64,000 nt of DNA, from assembly GCA_041661765.1 (NCBI GenBank), contig JBAZTV010000003.1, forward strand, positions 79,914 to 143,913. The letters are read 5' to 3'. The stretch comes from Candidatus Shapirobacteria bacterium. GTDB taxonomy: Bacteria; Patescibacteriota; Microgenomatia; UBA12405. The notes beneath the pieces were generated by a model. That model was given only the letters and a program-made list of their open reading frames with translations, was not told where the DNA came from and made no database searches. Position numbers and translations under genes: made by a program. Shown here in pieces: positions 18,164 to 29,762 of the stretch (its first letter is position 1; each line of letters starts with the position of its first letter).

Positions 18164-21100
18164 ATGAGTATAAATAACCTCCCAAAACAAATTCTTAACT
18201 ATTTTGCCACTTTTACTGAAACAAGATTTAATTTCCGACGACTAATTAACTATAAATGGACTAATAATGAACTAACCCTCGATTTTTCTTTATTTCCTGA
18301 ATTTCAAAATCAAATTCTAGAAAAAATAAAAACTGGAGATTTGTCTCCCGTTACTATTATTCAAGATAAATACACTGTTGTTATTCCAAAAGAGCAAATT
18401 ATTTCTGAAGTACAAAAAATTGTTTCTAAAAAATTAGATAGTTCTTATCTTAATCAGTCTATTAGTAATGAAGAATCTAATATTAAAGATGAATCGGAAG
18501 ATAATTCAGAAAATATTGACGAACAAAAGGAATTGGCAAAAAAAGAAGCCTTGCGTTTATACAATCTTGAACTCCGACGTCAATTTGAAACCAGTTTAAA
18601 CAATCTTCAAGAAAAATTAACTAACCAGAAAAAAGACGAATTACACATTGAACATACTCCACCGTCAATTTTTGGCATAACTAATTATATAAATCAGAAC
18701 TTTGAAAAAATTAAGCGTCTAGCACAAGACTATATAGATTCTGAATCATACATTAATTCAATAAAGGATTATTTTGAAAAAAATGTTGACGACGTTGTTA
18801 TTTATGACCTTTTTTACAACTTACAAAAATATGCCGACTTTGCTCAACTTGGAACTTTGTATTTATTTTTTCACAATTTAGAGAAAAGTTCTGAAAGTTA
18901 CCCTGTTTATTTTGTTGAGGCAGAATTTAAAAATAATACCACTGAGATTACTTTATCTTTTCCAAGAAATTTAATTTTACTTAATACTCCAGCCATCAAT
19001 TATTTTAAATTTGATAGTGTATTAACCATACCTCGAGCCTCCTCTCCCGCATTAGCAAAATCTCACTTAGGCGGTATTGAATCATTTTTCCAAAATCAAT
19101 ATGGTTTTCAAACACCATTTGTTTTAGAATCTGCCTTTGATCCAATTACTCATGCAAAAGAAGAATACCCACAAATAAAAAGTCGAATTGGGTTACAAAC
19201 TGTAATAAACGAAGATAAAAAATTGCTTGATTATTCAGAACTTATGACTAATCTTGAGTTAGGCGAAGATAGTAAATTTTCTGGATTTATTGATCAATAT
19301 ATTAGAGGTACTGTTCCAAATCATCAAGAAGAAGTTGATCAAGTATTTAAAGACAATTTTCCATTAGAATCTCCAAAACGATATATTTCAGATAGTCCAA
19401 TTCCATTAAACAATTCACAAAAAAGAATTCTTTTGGCTCTCGCTAATCAAAAAAATAATATTATTGTTGTTGATGGCCCTCCTGGCACTGGAAAATCTCA
19501 CACTATTGCGGCTTTGACTTATTGGGCTAATGAACAAAAAAAATCAGTAGTCGTCACTTCGCACAAAAAAGAAGCTTTAGACGTTATTGATCGAATGTTG
19601 ACAGATAAGTTTAAAAGTCTACATCCTCAAGCAAAACCTTCTATTGTCAGAATGGATAAAGAAACAGGTTCTGCTAATAATTTACCTAATACTTTGCAGA
19701 CAAGTGTTATAAATGCGGCCAATGAAAGAAATCTAAACTTTAATTACCAAGCATTAAAAAGTGATACCGACAACCTTGAGCAAAAATTAATTACTACTGT
19801 TGAAAATAAACTTAAACAAAATATAGATTATCAACAACAAATTAAGGATTTTGTTAATTTAAATGTTATAGAAACTGAACTTTGTACCGACTCAAATATT
19901 TCGACAGTTATTTCTTCCATCACTACCCCTAAACAAATTACTGACTTTGCAAAATTAAAAGGGTTTTTAGACTCTGACACTTTAAATATTTTTTCAGATA
20001 TTAGTTTAGATGAATATCAATTTATTCTGGAACATCAACAAAATATTCCTGATTTTATTGATGCTTGCGAAAAACTGAATCAAACTTCAGCAGACATAAT
20101 TGATGAAAAAATAAATATTAATGAAATTCCACAGAAATTTCTTGATTTAATAGTTTTACTTCAAAAATATTTTAAACCCAATATTAGTCTTGGAAAACTA
20201 ACAATTAAAGATACTGTAGGTGGAATATTTCCTAAAATTTTTGGAAAAGGACCTAAGGAAAATCAATTAAAAGAATTATTATCGCAATTAAAATTGCTGG
20301 AACATAAAAGTAATTTAAACGATATTGCTCAATATATTGGAAAGGACGTGAACTCTATAACTATTGAGGAAATTTCTTTAAGTATTCAAAAAATACAATT
20401 CGCTCTATCAATTAAACCTTATCTAAATTTAATTTCATCTTATAAATCTCTTCCTAATAATAGTCAAAAAAATATCACCCAAATTTTTGACACAATGAAG
20501 AAATTTAGTCAGGCACCACAAATATTTGATCCGGAGATTTCTTCTGTATTAACCCAACTTTATGCAACTTATGGATCAATTTTAGAAACAGTTGATGTGG
20601 TTGAAGATAATTTAAGTAGTTTATCAAAACTATTTAGCACTGATAATTTGGCTACTAAAATTTGGCAATGGATCCAACTTCACTCCCAACTGTCACAAAA
20701 AGAAAATTCTTTGTCACTTAATAAAAGTGATGTTGAGACTTATTTTAGACTTCAACAAAAAGAGGTAGAAAATATTAATGATCAAAGATTAAAGGATCTT
20801 AATAATCATTTGGGTGAAATTGCTCGTATAAAAGTTTCTTATGAAGGTGGTAAAAGATTTTCTATGGATGAAGCCAAAGTGTTACTCTCTTCTGTTTCTT
20901 GTATTATTGCTGAACCATCAACAATTTCTAAATTTTTCCCAATGCAAGAGGATTTAATCGATGTCCTTATTATTGACGAAGCCTCTCAAGTTTCTATTGC
21001 CGATTCAATCTCTCTTATTTTAAGAGCTAAACAAGTAGTTATATTCGGAGATGAGTATCAGTACGGTGCTGTCAGTGCCCAAAATGTCAGCTCTAAGTAT

Positions 21101-22414
21101 TCGACCAGTTACTTTACTGAAATAGTTTCAGCTTATGCTGATGATTATCAAACAGCTGTTTCAGAAAAAGCGAAGAAAGAATTAGTAGACGAAATATCCA
21201 AAGACATTAACCCCGACGAACAACAAAGCGATACTCTTCTTAAACCACAAGATGGCACAATTCTTTGGCTTAAAACCTTTGATATCCGCACTTCAACATT
21301 AACTTTTGCTAAGGCTATTGCCAATTACAGCACATCTCTTAAAGAACATTTCCGTAGTTTTCCAGAAATTATTGGTTATTCTAATGAAACATTTTATAAA
21401 ATTGCCCAAATGGAACTTTTGGTTAATCGAATCAGAACTAAACCAATTGGTGAAGTGTTGCAATTTATTAAAGTTGACTGTCAAGGTAATGCTGGAGCTA
21501 ATGTAAATTTAGATGAAATTGAAGCAATCGGTAATGATATTCAAAAAAGACTTGATAATGGTTTTATTGGAAGTATTGGTATTATAACTTCATTTAAAGA
21601 ACAACAATCCCGAATGGAACAGTATTTAAATGAGCGTTTTAATATGCCAATTTTGACCCGTGATCATAAAATAGCAATTTGGTTTGTGGGAGATGTACAG
21701 GGCGAAGAAAGAGATTTAATCTATTATTCTTTTGTTGAGGCTAAAGAATTAAACAGTGCTAATTTAGCTAGTATTTATCCAGTAATTGGTGGTACCGCCG
21801 ATAGTATTCGTAGTTTAAAAATGCAACGTCTAAACGTTGGTTTTAGCCGTGCCAAAGATACGATGGTTTTTGTACACAGTCAACCAATTGAGCAATTTAG
21901 TAATACTCGTTTAGGTGATGCTTTAAAGCACTATCATCACGAATTAGAAATTAACCAAGCTAATGATTTCTTTATTGAAGATGAGTCAGTTTTTGAATCT
22001 CCAATGGAAAAGAAAATTTATAGTTTATTGACACAAACAAAATTTGTTCAAGATAATCGTGAACATTTAAAAATTATTCCTCAGTTTGATATTGGAAAAT
22101 ATATTGCTCGTGAATATGCTGTTTCAATTCCTAAATACCGAACAGACTTCTTAGTTTCTTATTCAAATGGTGGCAAAGAAAAAGTGTTGATTTTGGAATA
22201 CGATGGACTAGAATTTCATTTTAAAAATCCATCTGAAGTTGATCATTTAAATTTTTCTCAAGAATACATTGATTATGATATTTCTCGTCAATTAGAACTT
22301 GAAAGTTATGGTTATCACTTTTTACGCCTCAATAAGTTTAACCTTCGACCTCAAAATTCTGGTGAAACTGAAGTTGATGTCTTGAACAATTTATTGATGG
22401 ATCGATTAAAATAA
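18164..22414 (+). CDS. SF1 (DNA2/NAM7-like) helicase with C-terminal Vsr/DUF559-like nuclease
   Basis: DGPPGTGKS, IIDEASQ, GDEYQ, EHFRS, VQGEERD, RLNVGFSRAK; C-terminal FESPME..YRTDF..LEYDG. Confidence 0.85.
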   Translation: MSINNLPKQILNYFATFTETRFNFRRLINYKWTNNELTLDFSLFPEFQNQILEKIKTGDLSPVTIIQDKYTVVIPKEQIISEVQKIVSKKLDSSYLNQSISNEESNIKDESEDNSENIDEQKELAKKEALRLYNLELRRQFETSLNNLQEKLTNQKKDELHIEHTPPSIFGITNYINQNFEKIKRLAQDYIDSESYINSIKDYFEKNVDDVVIYDLFYNLQKYADFAQLGTLYLFFHNLEKSSESYPVYFVEAEFKNNTTEITLSFPRNLILLNTPAINYFKFDSVLTIPRASSPALAKSHLGGIESFFQNQYGFQTPFVLESAFDPITHAKEEYPQIKSRIGLQTVINEDKKLLDYSELMTNLELGEDSKFSGFIDQYIRGTVPNHQEEVDQVFKDNFPLESPKRYISDSPIPLNNSQKRILLALANQKNNIIVVDGPPGTGKSHTIAALTYWANEQKKSVVVTSHKKEALDVIDRMLTDKFKSLHPQAKPSIVRMDKETGSANNLPNTLQTSVINAANERNLNFNYQALKSDTDNLEQKLITTVENKLKQNIDYQQQIKDFVNLNVIETELCTDSNISTVISSITTPKQITDFAKLKGFLDSDTLNIFSDISLDEYQFILEHQQNIPDFIDACEKLNQTSADIIDEKININEIPQKFLDLIVLLQKYFKPNISLGKLTIKDTVGGIFPKIFGKGPKENQLKELLSQLKLLEHKSNLNDIAQYIGKDVNSITIEEISLSIQKIQFALSIKPYLNLISSYKSLPNNSQKNITQIFDTMKKFSQAPQIFDPEISSVLTQLYATYGSILETVDVVEDNLSSLSKLFSTDNLATKIWQWIQLHSQLSQKENSLSLNKSDVETYFRLQQKEVENINDQRLKDLNNHLGEIARIKVSYEGGKRFSMDEAKVLLSSVSCIIAEPSTISKFFPMQEDLIDVLIIDEASQVSIADSISLILRAKQVVIFGDEYQYGAVSAQNVSSKYSTSYFTEIVSAYADDYQTAVSEKAKKELVDEISKDINPDEQQSDTLLKPQDGTILWLKTFDIRTSTLTFAKAIANYSTSLKEHFRSFPEIIGYSNETFYKIAQMELLVNRIRTKPIGEVLQFIKVDCQGNAGANVNLDEIEAIGNDIQKRLDNGFIGSIGIITSFKEQQSRMEQYLNERFNMPILTRDHKIAIWFVGDVQGEERDLIYYSFVEAKELNSANLASIYPVIGGTADSIRSLKMQRLNVGFSRAKDTMVFVHSQPIEQFSNTRLGDALKHYHHELEINQANDFFIEDESVFESPMEKKIYSLLTQTKFVQDNREHLKIIPQFDIGKYIAREYAVSIPKYRTDFLVSYSNGGKEKVLILEYDGLEFHFKNPSEVDHLNFSQEYIDYDISRQLELESYGYHFLRLNKFNLRPQNSGETEVDVLNNLLMDRLK

Positions 22415-22418
22415 CTTT

Positions 22419-24443
22419 ATGACTCAAATTAAACTAACCATTGAAGAAAAAGCCCAAATTATTGAAGCACTCAATCAAGATTTAGAACCATCAGCTGATT
22501 TACTACCTAAAATATTTCCTGGTACCGCTGAAAAATTTGATGTAGCCTCTCTTGATCGAGCTAAAATTCCTACCCTTGAATATGCTGGTAAAAGAACTAA
22601 AGCAGCAATCCTAGCTGAAGGTACTGCCGGTATTGGTGCAGCCCCTCTTCAAACTGTCCGTTGTTTTGGAAATGCCACTGAAAATGATTGGAAAAATTTA
22701 ATTGTTCAAGGTGACAATCTTCAATTTTTAAAAACTTGTTATAAAAATACTGATCCATTAATTATGGATAAGATTAAGGGTAAAGTTAAACTAATTTACA
22801 TTGATCCACCATTTGCAACTAAAAGTGATTTTGGAGGTAAAGATGGAGAATATAGTTATACCGATAAAGTTGATCGAGCCCACTTCCTTGAAACACTCCG
22901 TGAACGCCTTATCTATCTTCGTGAACTCCTCGCTGACGATGGTTCAATCTATGTCCATTTGGACCAAAAAATGAGCCATTATGTAAAAATAACAATGGAT
23001 GAGATATTTGGAAAAGATAATTTTAGAAATGAAATTGTTTGGACTTACAACGGAAAAGGATTGGCTAATGCTAGAAGTGGTTATGTAAAATACTTTGCCA
23101 ACATTTTATTTTATTCTAAGTCAAATAAAACCGAAATAAATAATAAAATTGATAAAGTTTCTGATTCTGTCATTCAACGTTTTGGAAGATATTTAAATGA
23201 ATTTAATCAAATTTCATTTGCATCTTTGAAAAAAGGAAATGAAAAATCAGAATTAGAAAAAAGTAGAAATAGATTTATTAAAGAATTTAATAGAGAACCT
23301 GAAGATGATGATATTGCGGTTGATTATAGTAAGGGTATGTTTTTAAAAGATATTTGGGATGATATACCGATAGTAAGAGAGAATAAAAAATATTCTGAAT
23401 ATCAAAATTATCCAACACAAAAGCCCGAACTCTTATTGGAAAGAATCGTGACTGCTTCATCTAATGAGGGTGATATTGTAATGGATTGTTTTTCGGGGTC
23501 TGGGACAACAGTTGCTGTGGCTGAAAAATTAGGGAGAAGATGGATTGGATGTGACTTTGGAAAACATGCAATTTATACAATTCAAAAAAGAATTCTTAAT
23601 ATTGCGGAAAGTAAAAAACTTGGAAAAGACTTAAAGGCTGGTGAAAAACATGGATTAAAACCAAAACCATTTTGTGTTGTGTCATCTGGAGCTTATGATT
23701 TTTCCCATGTTATGGATTTACGCAAAAATAAAGATACTTATATTGATTTTGTCTTGGCTCTTTTCCAACTCGTCCGTGACAATGAAAAATCAGCTAAATT
23801 TCGATTATCAAATATTTACTCTCTAAAAGATGGTAATCCAGTCGAAGTTTATCCTGTTTGGGACGATCAGTATCTTAAAGATGTTCGTATTGATGAAATT
23901 TATTTACAAGGAGTGATTGATCAAGCCGGTGGTCGGTTGCAGGGTGATTATTACATTATTACTCCTGAATCGTGTGCCAATATTGGTGATACTACTCTTA
24001 AAAACCAAGATAATAAGGATGTTAATTTTAAAATTCTTTCCTTCCCTTATAAAATTTTAGAGGCTATCTCTCAAAAACTAACAATAGAAGAACAACCTAG
24101 TTCTTCCCAAAATATTAATAATTTAGTTACTTCTACTTCTTTTTACTTTAATGAAGACGTTGAAATTGAAGTCGTTAAAACAGATAGTGGTCTTAAAATA
24201 ACTAAATTTGATAGCAAAATATTAGATGGTGCTGGTAATCGTTTTGAAGGAATTTCTGGATTAGCGATGTTACTTATCGATCTTAATTATGTTTCTAATA
24301 AGCCATTTGATATGGATGTGGCTGTATATGCCAAAGAAATTGGTGAAGATGGAACTTGTAAAGTTGATGAATTAACTCCAAGTGTGGGTGTTATTGCTAT
24401 TGATAAACACGGTAATGAAAGTAAACCGTTTCAAATAAAATAA
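22419..24443 (+). CDS. mod: type III restriction-modification methyltransferase (Mod)
   Basis: GDNL, YIDPPF, YPTQKPE, DCFSGSGTT; adjacent to Res. Confidence 0.88.
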   Translation: MTQIKLTIEEKAQIIEALNQDLEPSADLLPKIFPGTAEKFDVASLDRAKIPTLEYAGKRTKAAILAEGTAGIGAAPLQTVRCFGNATENDWKNLIVQGDNLQFLKTCYKNTDPLIMDKIKGKVKLIYIDPPFATKSDFGGKDGEYSYTDKVDRAHFLETLRERLIYLRELLADDGSIYVHLDQKMSHYVKITMDEIFGKDNFRNEIVWTYNGKGLANARSGYVKYFANILFYSKSNKTEINNKIDKVSDSVIQRFGRYLNEFNQISFASLKKGNEKSELEKSRNRFIKEFNREPEDDDIAVDYSKGMFLKDIWDDIPIVRENKKYSEYQNYPTQKPELLLERIVTASSNEGDIVMDCFSGSGTTVAVAEKLGRRWIGCDFGKHAIYTIQKRILNIAESKKLGKDLKAGEKHGLKPKPFCVVSSGAYDFSHVMDLRKNKDTYIDFVLALFQLVRDNEKSAKFRLSNIYSLKDGNPVEVYPVWDDQYLKDVRIDEIYLQGVIDQAGGRLQGDYYIITPESCANIGDTTLKNQDNKDVNFKILSFPYKILEAISQKLTIEEQPSSSQNINNLVTSTSFYFNEDVEIEVVKTDSGLKITKFDSKILDGAGNRFEGISGLAMLLIDLNYVSNKPFDMDVAVYAKEIGEDGTCKVDELTPSVGVIAIDKHGNESKPFQIK

Positions 24444-24444
24444 T

Positions 24445-27333
24445 ATGGAAGATAAAAAATTTACCAAACCAAAGGGTAGACGATTTAACACTGTTGATCG
24501 AATCAATTTATCTCAGCATGTTTTAAATATAAATCTAAAAAAAAGTAGTCGTAAAAAATTTAATTTTAATGAAATTGAAGATTTTGTTAGGGCTATTGCT
24601 GACGGCAGACAATATCAATATGATGCCATCAGGGATGTAATGACCTATCTGTGGGGTGGTGGTTATCAAGATGTAACTGAATTAGCTAAAGAAAATTTTA
24701 CAGTAAATGAACATTTACGAGAAAAATTTGGAAATGAAGAATTAATGCTTGGTAATTTACCTCTCCCCGATCGTCTATCTGGAGTGGTTCATATGGCCAC
24801 CGGTACGGGTAAATCATATATTATTTATGCGGTAGCTTATTTGTCTATTGTTATGGGTTTGACTAAAAGAGTATTGGTGCTAGGACCATCCTCAACTATT
24901 ATTGAAGAAGGTTTGCGAGATAAATTTCAAAAATTTATGGCTCGTGATGATTGGAATAAAAAACTTCCCAAAGAATATCAAGGTAAGGCTATTGAATTAT
25001 TAAAAAATAATGATGTTATTGAAGACAACAGTATCACTATTGAAAATATTAATGCTATCTATACTGTCGGTGGTATTCGTGACACTTTATTTAAAGGAGT
25101 TAATGAAGTTTTAGTTTTAGGAGATGAAATTCATCATGCTTATTCTCATTTAAACTTCAATCAAACCCAAAAAAGACTGGAATTAGATCAAAATGTTGAT
25201 GAAAATGTTGGTAAAGATAGCGATGAAAAATCTGAGAGATTATGGATGAAGTTTTTAAGACAATATCCTGAAATTACTAGACATATTGGTTTTACAGGTA
25301 CTCCATATAATCAGGATAATTATTTTGCTGATGTTATTTATGATTACAATATTAGAGCGGCTATAAATAACAAATATATTAAAGATATTAATCCAATTAT
25401 TGGAACTGAATCTGATCAAGGTGATGTTCAATGGACTACTGAAAAAAGATTTGAAGTTGTTTATGAAAACCATCTCGATAATTCTAATAAATATTCCTAT
25501 ACAAAAAATGATGTTCGCAGGGTTAAACCAATTACTGTTTTTTATTGTCCTACTCGAAATAATGCTCAATCAAAAACAGAAGAATTTATTCGCTTTTTAA
25601 TTAAAAGAGAAAAAGAAGTTCTTCATTCCACTTTATCTGATGCAGAACTAGACCAAAAGATACGCCAAAAGGTAATTTGTGTTATTACGGGTATTACAGA
25701 ATCTACATATAAAAACCAACTTGACCATGTTGAAGAAACTGATCCAACTAAGATTGGAGGTTTAGTTGAATTTATTTTTTCTGTCGGTAAATTACTTGAA
25801 GGTTGGGATGTTGACAATGTGTTTCAGATCGTCCCAATGGAAGAAAGAATTTTTAATTCAAAATTATTAATATCACAAGTTTTGGGTCGTGGTTTAAGAA
25901 TTCCTCGTTGTTTAAAACCTGTTGATATCGCCACTAATTACCCAATGTTGACGGTTACTAATCATGAAAAATTTGCTGACAAAATTAAAGAAATTCTTAA
26001 TGCTGTTATCAACTCTGATATGTTCATTGTTTCTGAACCATTGGAAATTAAAGACGATCCAAATTGGCGAGGAAAATATCACTTTTCTCTTTTTAATTTA
26101 AATTATCTTTCTGGTGAAAAATTTGAAGATGCTCCAGTAGAACCAAAACAATTACAAAATAGACAATTAATTTTAGAAAAGTTTGATCTAAAAGAAAATT
26201 TAACTATTTTTTTTGATAAAGGTAAAAGAGAATACCGTTTAAAAAAACAAACTGTCACATTAGACTCAATTGTTGATTCTTTATATAGACGTTTTAAAGG
26301 TAGAGAATATGAAGAAATTCGGTTTGATTTTGGAAACGGAGAAGAAACTCGATGTCCTACTGAAGATGAAATTAGAAATACTATTCTAGTAGCAATGGAA
26401 AAAGCCGGAATTTCTAAGGATGGTTTGGCTGATGATAATAAAAAACAAATTGATTTATATTTTAATCAATTTTTACCAAAAGGATCAAAAATTCGAATTC
26501 CTATCAATGTGACTGGTAATGTTTTTCCTATAAGTAGTCAAAAAATTGAACGTAGTAGTCTTCGGGTTGGTGAATTAGAACGAGACGCAACTGCTTTTAT
26601 GAGTGAAAATTATCAACAAGAAGTTGATGAAAAAACCAAAGCGTTATTAAAATATATACAAGAAAATAGAAAACAATTATTAAATGAAGGTCAACAAATG
26701 CTTGGATTTACTGATCCAAATCAGCTATTGGTTAAATATCAAGATAATGTTAAATCGCTAATTAATGGTGATCCCCGACCACCTTACATCGTAACAAATT
26801 CATCATTTAAAACACCTCAAAGCGTGGTTTTAGTTTCATATTATCCAGAAAAAGAATTTTCATTTAGATTAATTGAAAATAGTTTATATCTCGATTCTTG
26901 GATTAAATCTCCAGATAAAGGATTTTATTCAATTGAATATGAATATTGGAAAGGCGGAAAAGATAGAGTATTAAGAAGTTTTAACCCTGATTTTTTTATA
27001 AAAATTGATCTCGATAGGTATATTAAAACTTTAAAGGAAAAAGGTGAAAAAGACAATTTAAAAAATCTTATAGAACTACAAGAAAAAGGAATTGAAACTA
27101 TTATTAAGGTAGTCGAAATAAAATCTGATGAGGATGATGATGAAGCTACTCCAGCTAAAGCTGAAAAAGCCAAAATACATTTTAATTCTCTGAATCAAAA
27201 ATTGAGCGAGAGTAATCCAATAAACTTTGACAAAAAATACCAGTCAGAATTAAAACAATTTTATGTTTTTGATTTATTAAAACCAAACGGATTTATTGAA
27301 TGGTTTTCTAAATTAAAAACTGGAAGTTTATAA
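24445..27333 (+). CDS. res: type III restriction endonuclease (Res)
   Basis: MATGTGKS, DEIHH, TGTP, EGWD, QVLGRGLR; C-terminal PD..EIK nuclease. Confidence 0.88.
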   Translation: MEDKKFTKPKGRRFNTVDRINLSQHVLNINLKKSSRKKFNFNEIEDFVRAIADGRQYQYDAIRDVMTYLWGGGYQDVTELAKENFTVNEHLREKFGNEELMLGNLPLPDRLSGVVHMATGTGKSYIIYAVAYLSIVMGLTKRVLVLGPSSTIIEEGLRDKFQKFMARDDWNKKLPKEYQGKAIELLKNNDVIEDNSITIENINAIYTVGGIRDTLFKGVNEVLVLGDEIHHAYSHLNFNQTQKRLELDQNVDENVGKDSDEKSERLWMKFLRQYPEITRHIGFTGTPYNQDNYFADVIYDYNIRAAINNKYIKDINPIIGTESDQGDVQWTTEKRFEVVYENHLDNSNKYSYTKNDVRRVKPITVFYCPTRNNAQSKTEEFIRFLIKREKEVLHSTLSDAELDQKIRQKVICVITGITESTYKNQLDHVEETDPTKIGGLVEFIFSVGKLLEGWDVDNVFQIVPMEERIFNSKLLISQVLGRGLRIPRCLKPVDIATNYPMLTVTNHEKFADKIKEILNAVINSDMFIVSEPLEIKDDPNWRGKYHFSLFNLNYLSGEKFEDAPVEPKQLQNRQLILEKFDLKENLTIFFDKGKREYRLKKQTVTLDSIVDSLYRRFKGREYEEIRFDFGNGEETRCPTEDEIRNTILVAMEKAGISKDGLADDNKKQIDLYFNQFLPKGSKIRIPINVTGNVFPISSQKIERSSLRVGELERDATAFMSENYQQEVDEKTKALLKYIQENRKQLLNEGQQMLGFTDPNQLLVKYQDNVKSLINGDPRPPYIVTNSSFKTPQSVVLVSYYPEKEFSFRLIENSLYLDSWIKSPDKGFYSIEYEYWKGGKDRVLRSFNPDFFIKIDLDRYIKTLKEKGEKDNLKNLIELQEKGIETIIKVVEIKSDEDDDEATPAKAEKAKIHFNSLNQKLSESNPINFDKKYQSELKQFYVFDLLKPNGFIEWFSKLKTGSL

Positions 27334-27392
27334 TTCAAAGTTAACTAATACAAAAAATTAGAGGTATTGCAGAAAAGATAATTGAATAAATA

Positions 27393-28910
27393 ATGAATTT
27401 TAATAAAACTCTCTCTAAATCTGAATATATGCTTTTTCTTAAGCATCCAGCTTGGTTGTGGCTTAAAAAATACGATAAAAACAAATTACCTCCAACAGAT
27501 GATGCTTTGCAAGCAATGTTTGATGATGGAAATTTATTTGAATCTTATGCCAATAAATTATTTCCAGATGCAGTGAAACTTGGTTTTGAAAGTTATGATG
27601 ATTATTTAAATCTACCTAATAGAACCATAGAAGCAATTAAAAATAAAGTTGAAGTTATTTTGCAAGGCAGATTGGAGTTTGAAGGTAAAACTTGTATTTT
27701 TGATGTGTTACAAAAAGTTGGAGATAATGAATTCAATTTAATTGAAATAAAGGCCAGTACAAAAGCAAAAACAGAACATGAATATGATTTGGCTTTTCAA
27801 TTAATGGTTTTAGAAAAATCTGGTTATTCTGTTAAAAATATCTTGGTTATTCATGCTAATAATGAGTATGTGAGAGACGGTGAAATAGATGTTAAGGGTA
27901 TTACTGGTCAGACTGATGTCACCGAGAAAGTAAAAGCCTTAAAAGAAATCACTGAACAACAAGTTGATTTAGCTTTTGAAGTATTAGATAGTGACAAATG
28001 TCCAGACTTATCACCTCGATATGTTAATAAAATAGGAGTCGCTGATGTTAATTGGTTTGCAGACTGGATGGAAGTATATAAAAACTTGAAACCAAATGAT
28101 GACCCTTACAATATTTATGAACTTAGCTACCCTACCGCAGAACAAATTGGAAAAATTGAAGATGCTGGGATAATCAAAATAAATGATATTCCTGATGAAC
28201 TTGCTCTTAGAGGTAAACAATTAGCTCAAATAAAAACAACCAGAGAAAATAAAAGAATTATTGATAAAGATAAAATAAAATCTTTTATTGATACTTTTCA
28301 ATACCCTCTTTATTTTTTTGATTATGAAACTTTTTCTTCAGTGATTCCCCAATTTGATGGTTGTAGTCCTTACAAAGATTATCCTTTTCAATACTCCCTT
28401 CATATAATGGAATCTCCTAATTCTGAATTAAAACATTTGGAATACCTTCATAATGAAAAAACAAATCCGATGCCTAAACTACTTGAGCAACTCAAGAAAG
28501 ACATAGGAGAATCAGGAACAGTTCTGGCTTGGAATATGAGTTATGAAAAAGGGCGTAATGAGTGCATGGCAGCTCTTTATCCAGAATATGCAGATTTTTT
28601 AAAGCAATTAAATGAAAGAATAAACGATCTAATGATTCCTTTTTCGAATATGTGGTTTTTTGATAAAGATTTTTTTGGGAGTGCCTCTGTAAAGAAAGTT
28701 ATGCCCGTTATGGCTCCAGAGTTAAGCTATAAAGAATTAGATGTAGGAGACGGTTTGTTGGCTAGAAGAACATGGACTCAAACAGTTTTAGAAGATAAAA
28801 ATCAACCTAACCGTAGTAAAATTATAGAGAATTTGAGTAAATATTGTACACTTGATACTTTTGCTATGGTAAGAATTTTAGAAGAATTAAAAAAAATTAT
28901 TAACGAATAA
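27393..28910 (+). CDS. DUF2779-like protein (PD-(D/E)xK nuclease + RNase H-like domain)
   Basis: FDVL..LIEIKAST..DLAFQ; FFDYETF, YPFQYSLH, YCTLDT. Confidence 0.8.
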   Translation: MNFNKTLSKSEYMLFLKHPAWLWLKKYDKNKLPPTDDALQAMFDDGNLFESYANKLFPDAVKLGFESYDDYLNLPNRTIEAIKNKVEVILQGRLEFEGKTCIFDVLQKVGDNEFNLIEIKASTKAKTEHEYDLAFQLMVLEKSGYSVKNILVIHANNEYVRDGEIDVKGITGQTDVTEKVKALKEITEQQVDLAFEVLDSDKCPDLSPRYVNKIGVADVNWFADWMEVYKNLKPNDDPYNIYELSYPTAEQIGKIEDAGIIKINDIPDELALRGKQLAQIKTTRENKRIIDKDKIKSFIDTFQYPLYFFDYETFSSVIPQFDGCSPYKDYPFQYSLHIMESPNSELKHLEYLHNEKTNPMPKLLEQLKKDIGESGTVLAWNMSYEKGRNECMAALYPEYADFLKQLNERINDLMIPFSNMWFFDKDFFGSASVKKVMPVMAPELSYKELDVGDGLLARRTWTQTVLEDKNQPNRSKIIENLSKYCTLDTFAMVRILEELKKIINE

Positions 28911-28947
28911 AATAGTTAAATTATTTTAAATTTTTTATTAAATTAAA

Positions 28948-29733
28948 ATGAAATGTACTAATTGTCAGACTGAGACAAGTGATATTGGAGATTTACATTG
29001 TCGCAAGATTTTTAAAAATGAATTTGAAAGACTTTTAGAAAAATGGGAATCAACAAAAGCGATAGATTATTTTAAAGCCTTTTTATTTAAAGATCCTTCA
29101 AGTAATGAATGGAAAAATAATAAATGGAAAAAGGTTTATGAAAATATGGTTAAAGAGGAAGAAAAAAAAGAAATGACTGTTCTGGGGATGAAAATTAGAA
29201 AAAAGCAATTATTGAATGAAAGGGAGTTGATAATTTTAAAGAATAATCAAAAAAATGAATGGTTAGGGTATTACCATTACACTCAATATCAAATAAATAA
29301 AGATATTTGGGAACAAATTAAAGCCTGTAGTTTTTATAGAGATGCCGATAAGCCAGATGTTGGAATAAAAATAACTGAAAAAATAAACAACAAAAATCCA
29401 GACAAAACTGCCTTAGCTGCCCTTTACACCACCAGAGGTGGTGCATATAAAGATTTTGGTAATTACAATGAAGCCATAGAATGTGCAAACAAAGCTATTC
29501 AAATAAATAAAACATTTTATCCATATACCCTTTTGGGTGCAGTTTACATTTTAAAAGAAAGTTTTAGTAAAGCGGATGAATGTTTTGAAATAGCGATTAG
29601 GTTAGGTGCTGATCATAGACTTATTGGTTATGAAATTCAAAAAGCTTCCCAAAAATTAAGTGCAACAGCTAAAAAAGAAATAAGGGGTATATTTTATAAA
29701 AAATATACTGCCTTTAAGGAACCGAATAATTAA
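28948..29733 (+). CDS. TPR-containing protein
   Basis: RGGAYKDFGNYNEAIECANKAI and following TPR-like helices. Confidence 0.7.
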   Translation: MKCTNCQTETSDIGDLHCRKIFKNEFERLLEKWESTKAIDYFKAFLFKDPSSNEWKNNKWKKVYENMVKEEEKKEMTVLGMKIRKKQLLNERELIILKNNQKNEWLGYYHYTQYQINKDIWEQIKACSFYRDADKPDVGIKITEKINNKNPDKTALAALYTTRGGAYKDFGNYNEAIECANKAIQINKTFYPYTLLGAVYILKESFSKADECFEIAIRLGADHRLIGYEIQKASQKLSATAKKEIRGIFYKKYTAFKEPNN

Positions 29734-29762
29734 TAAATTTTGTTTAGTGCTAACATCAACTA

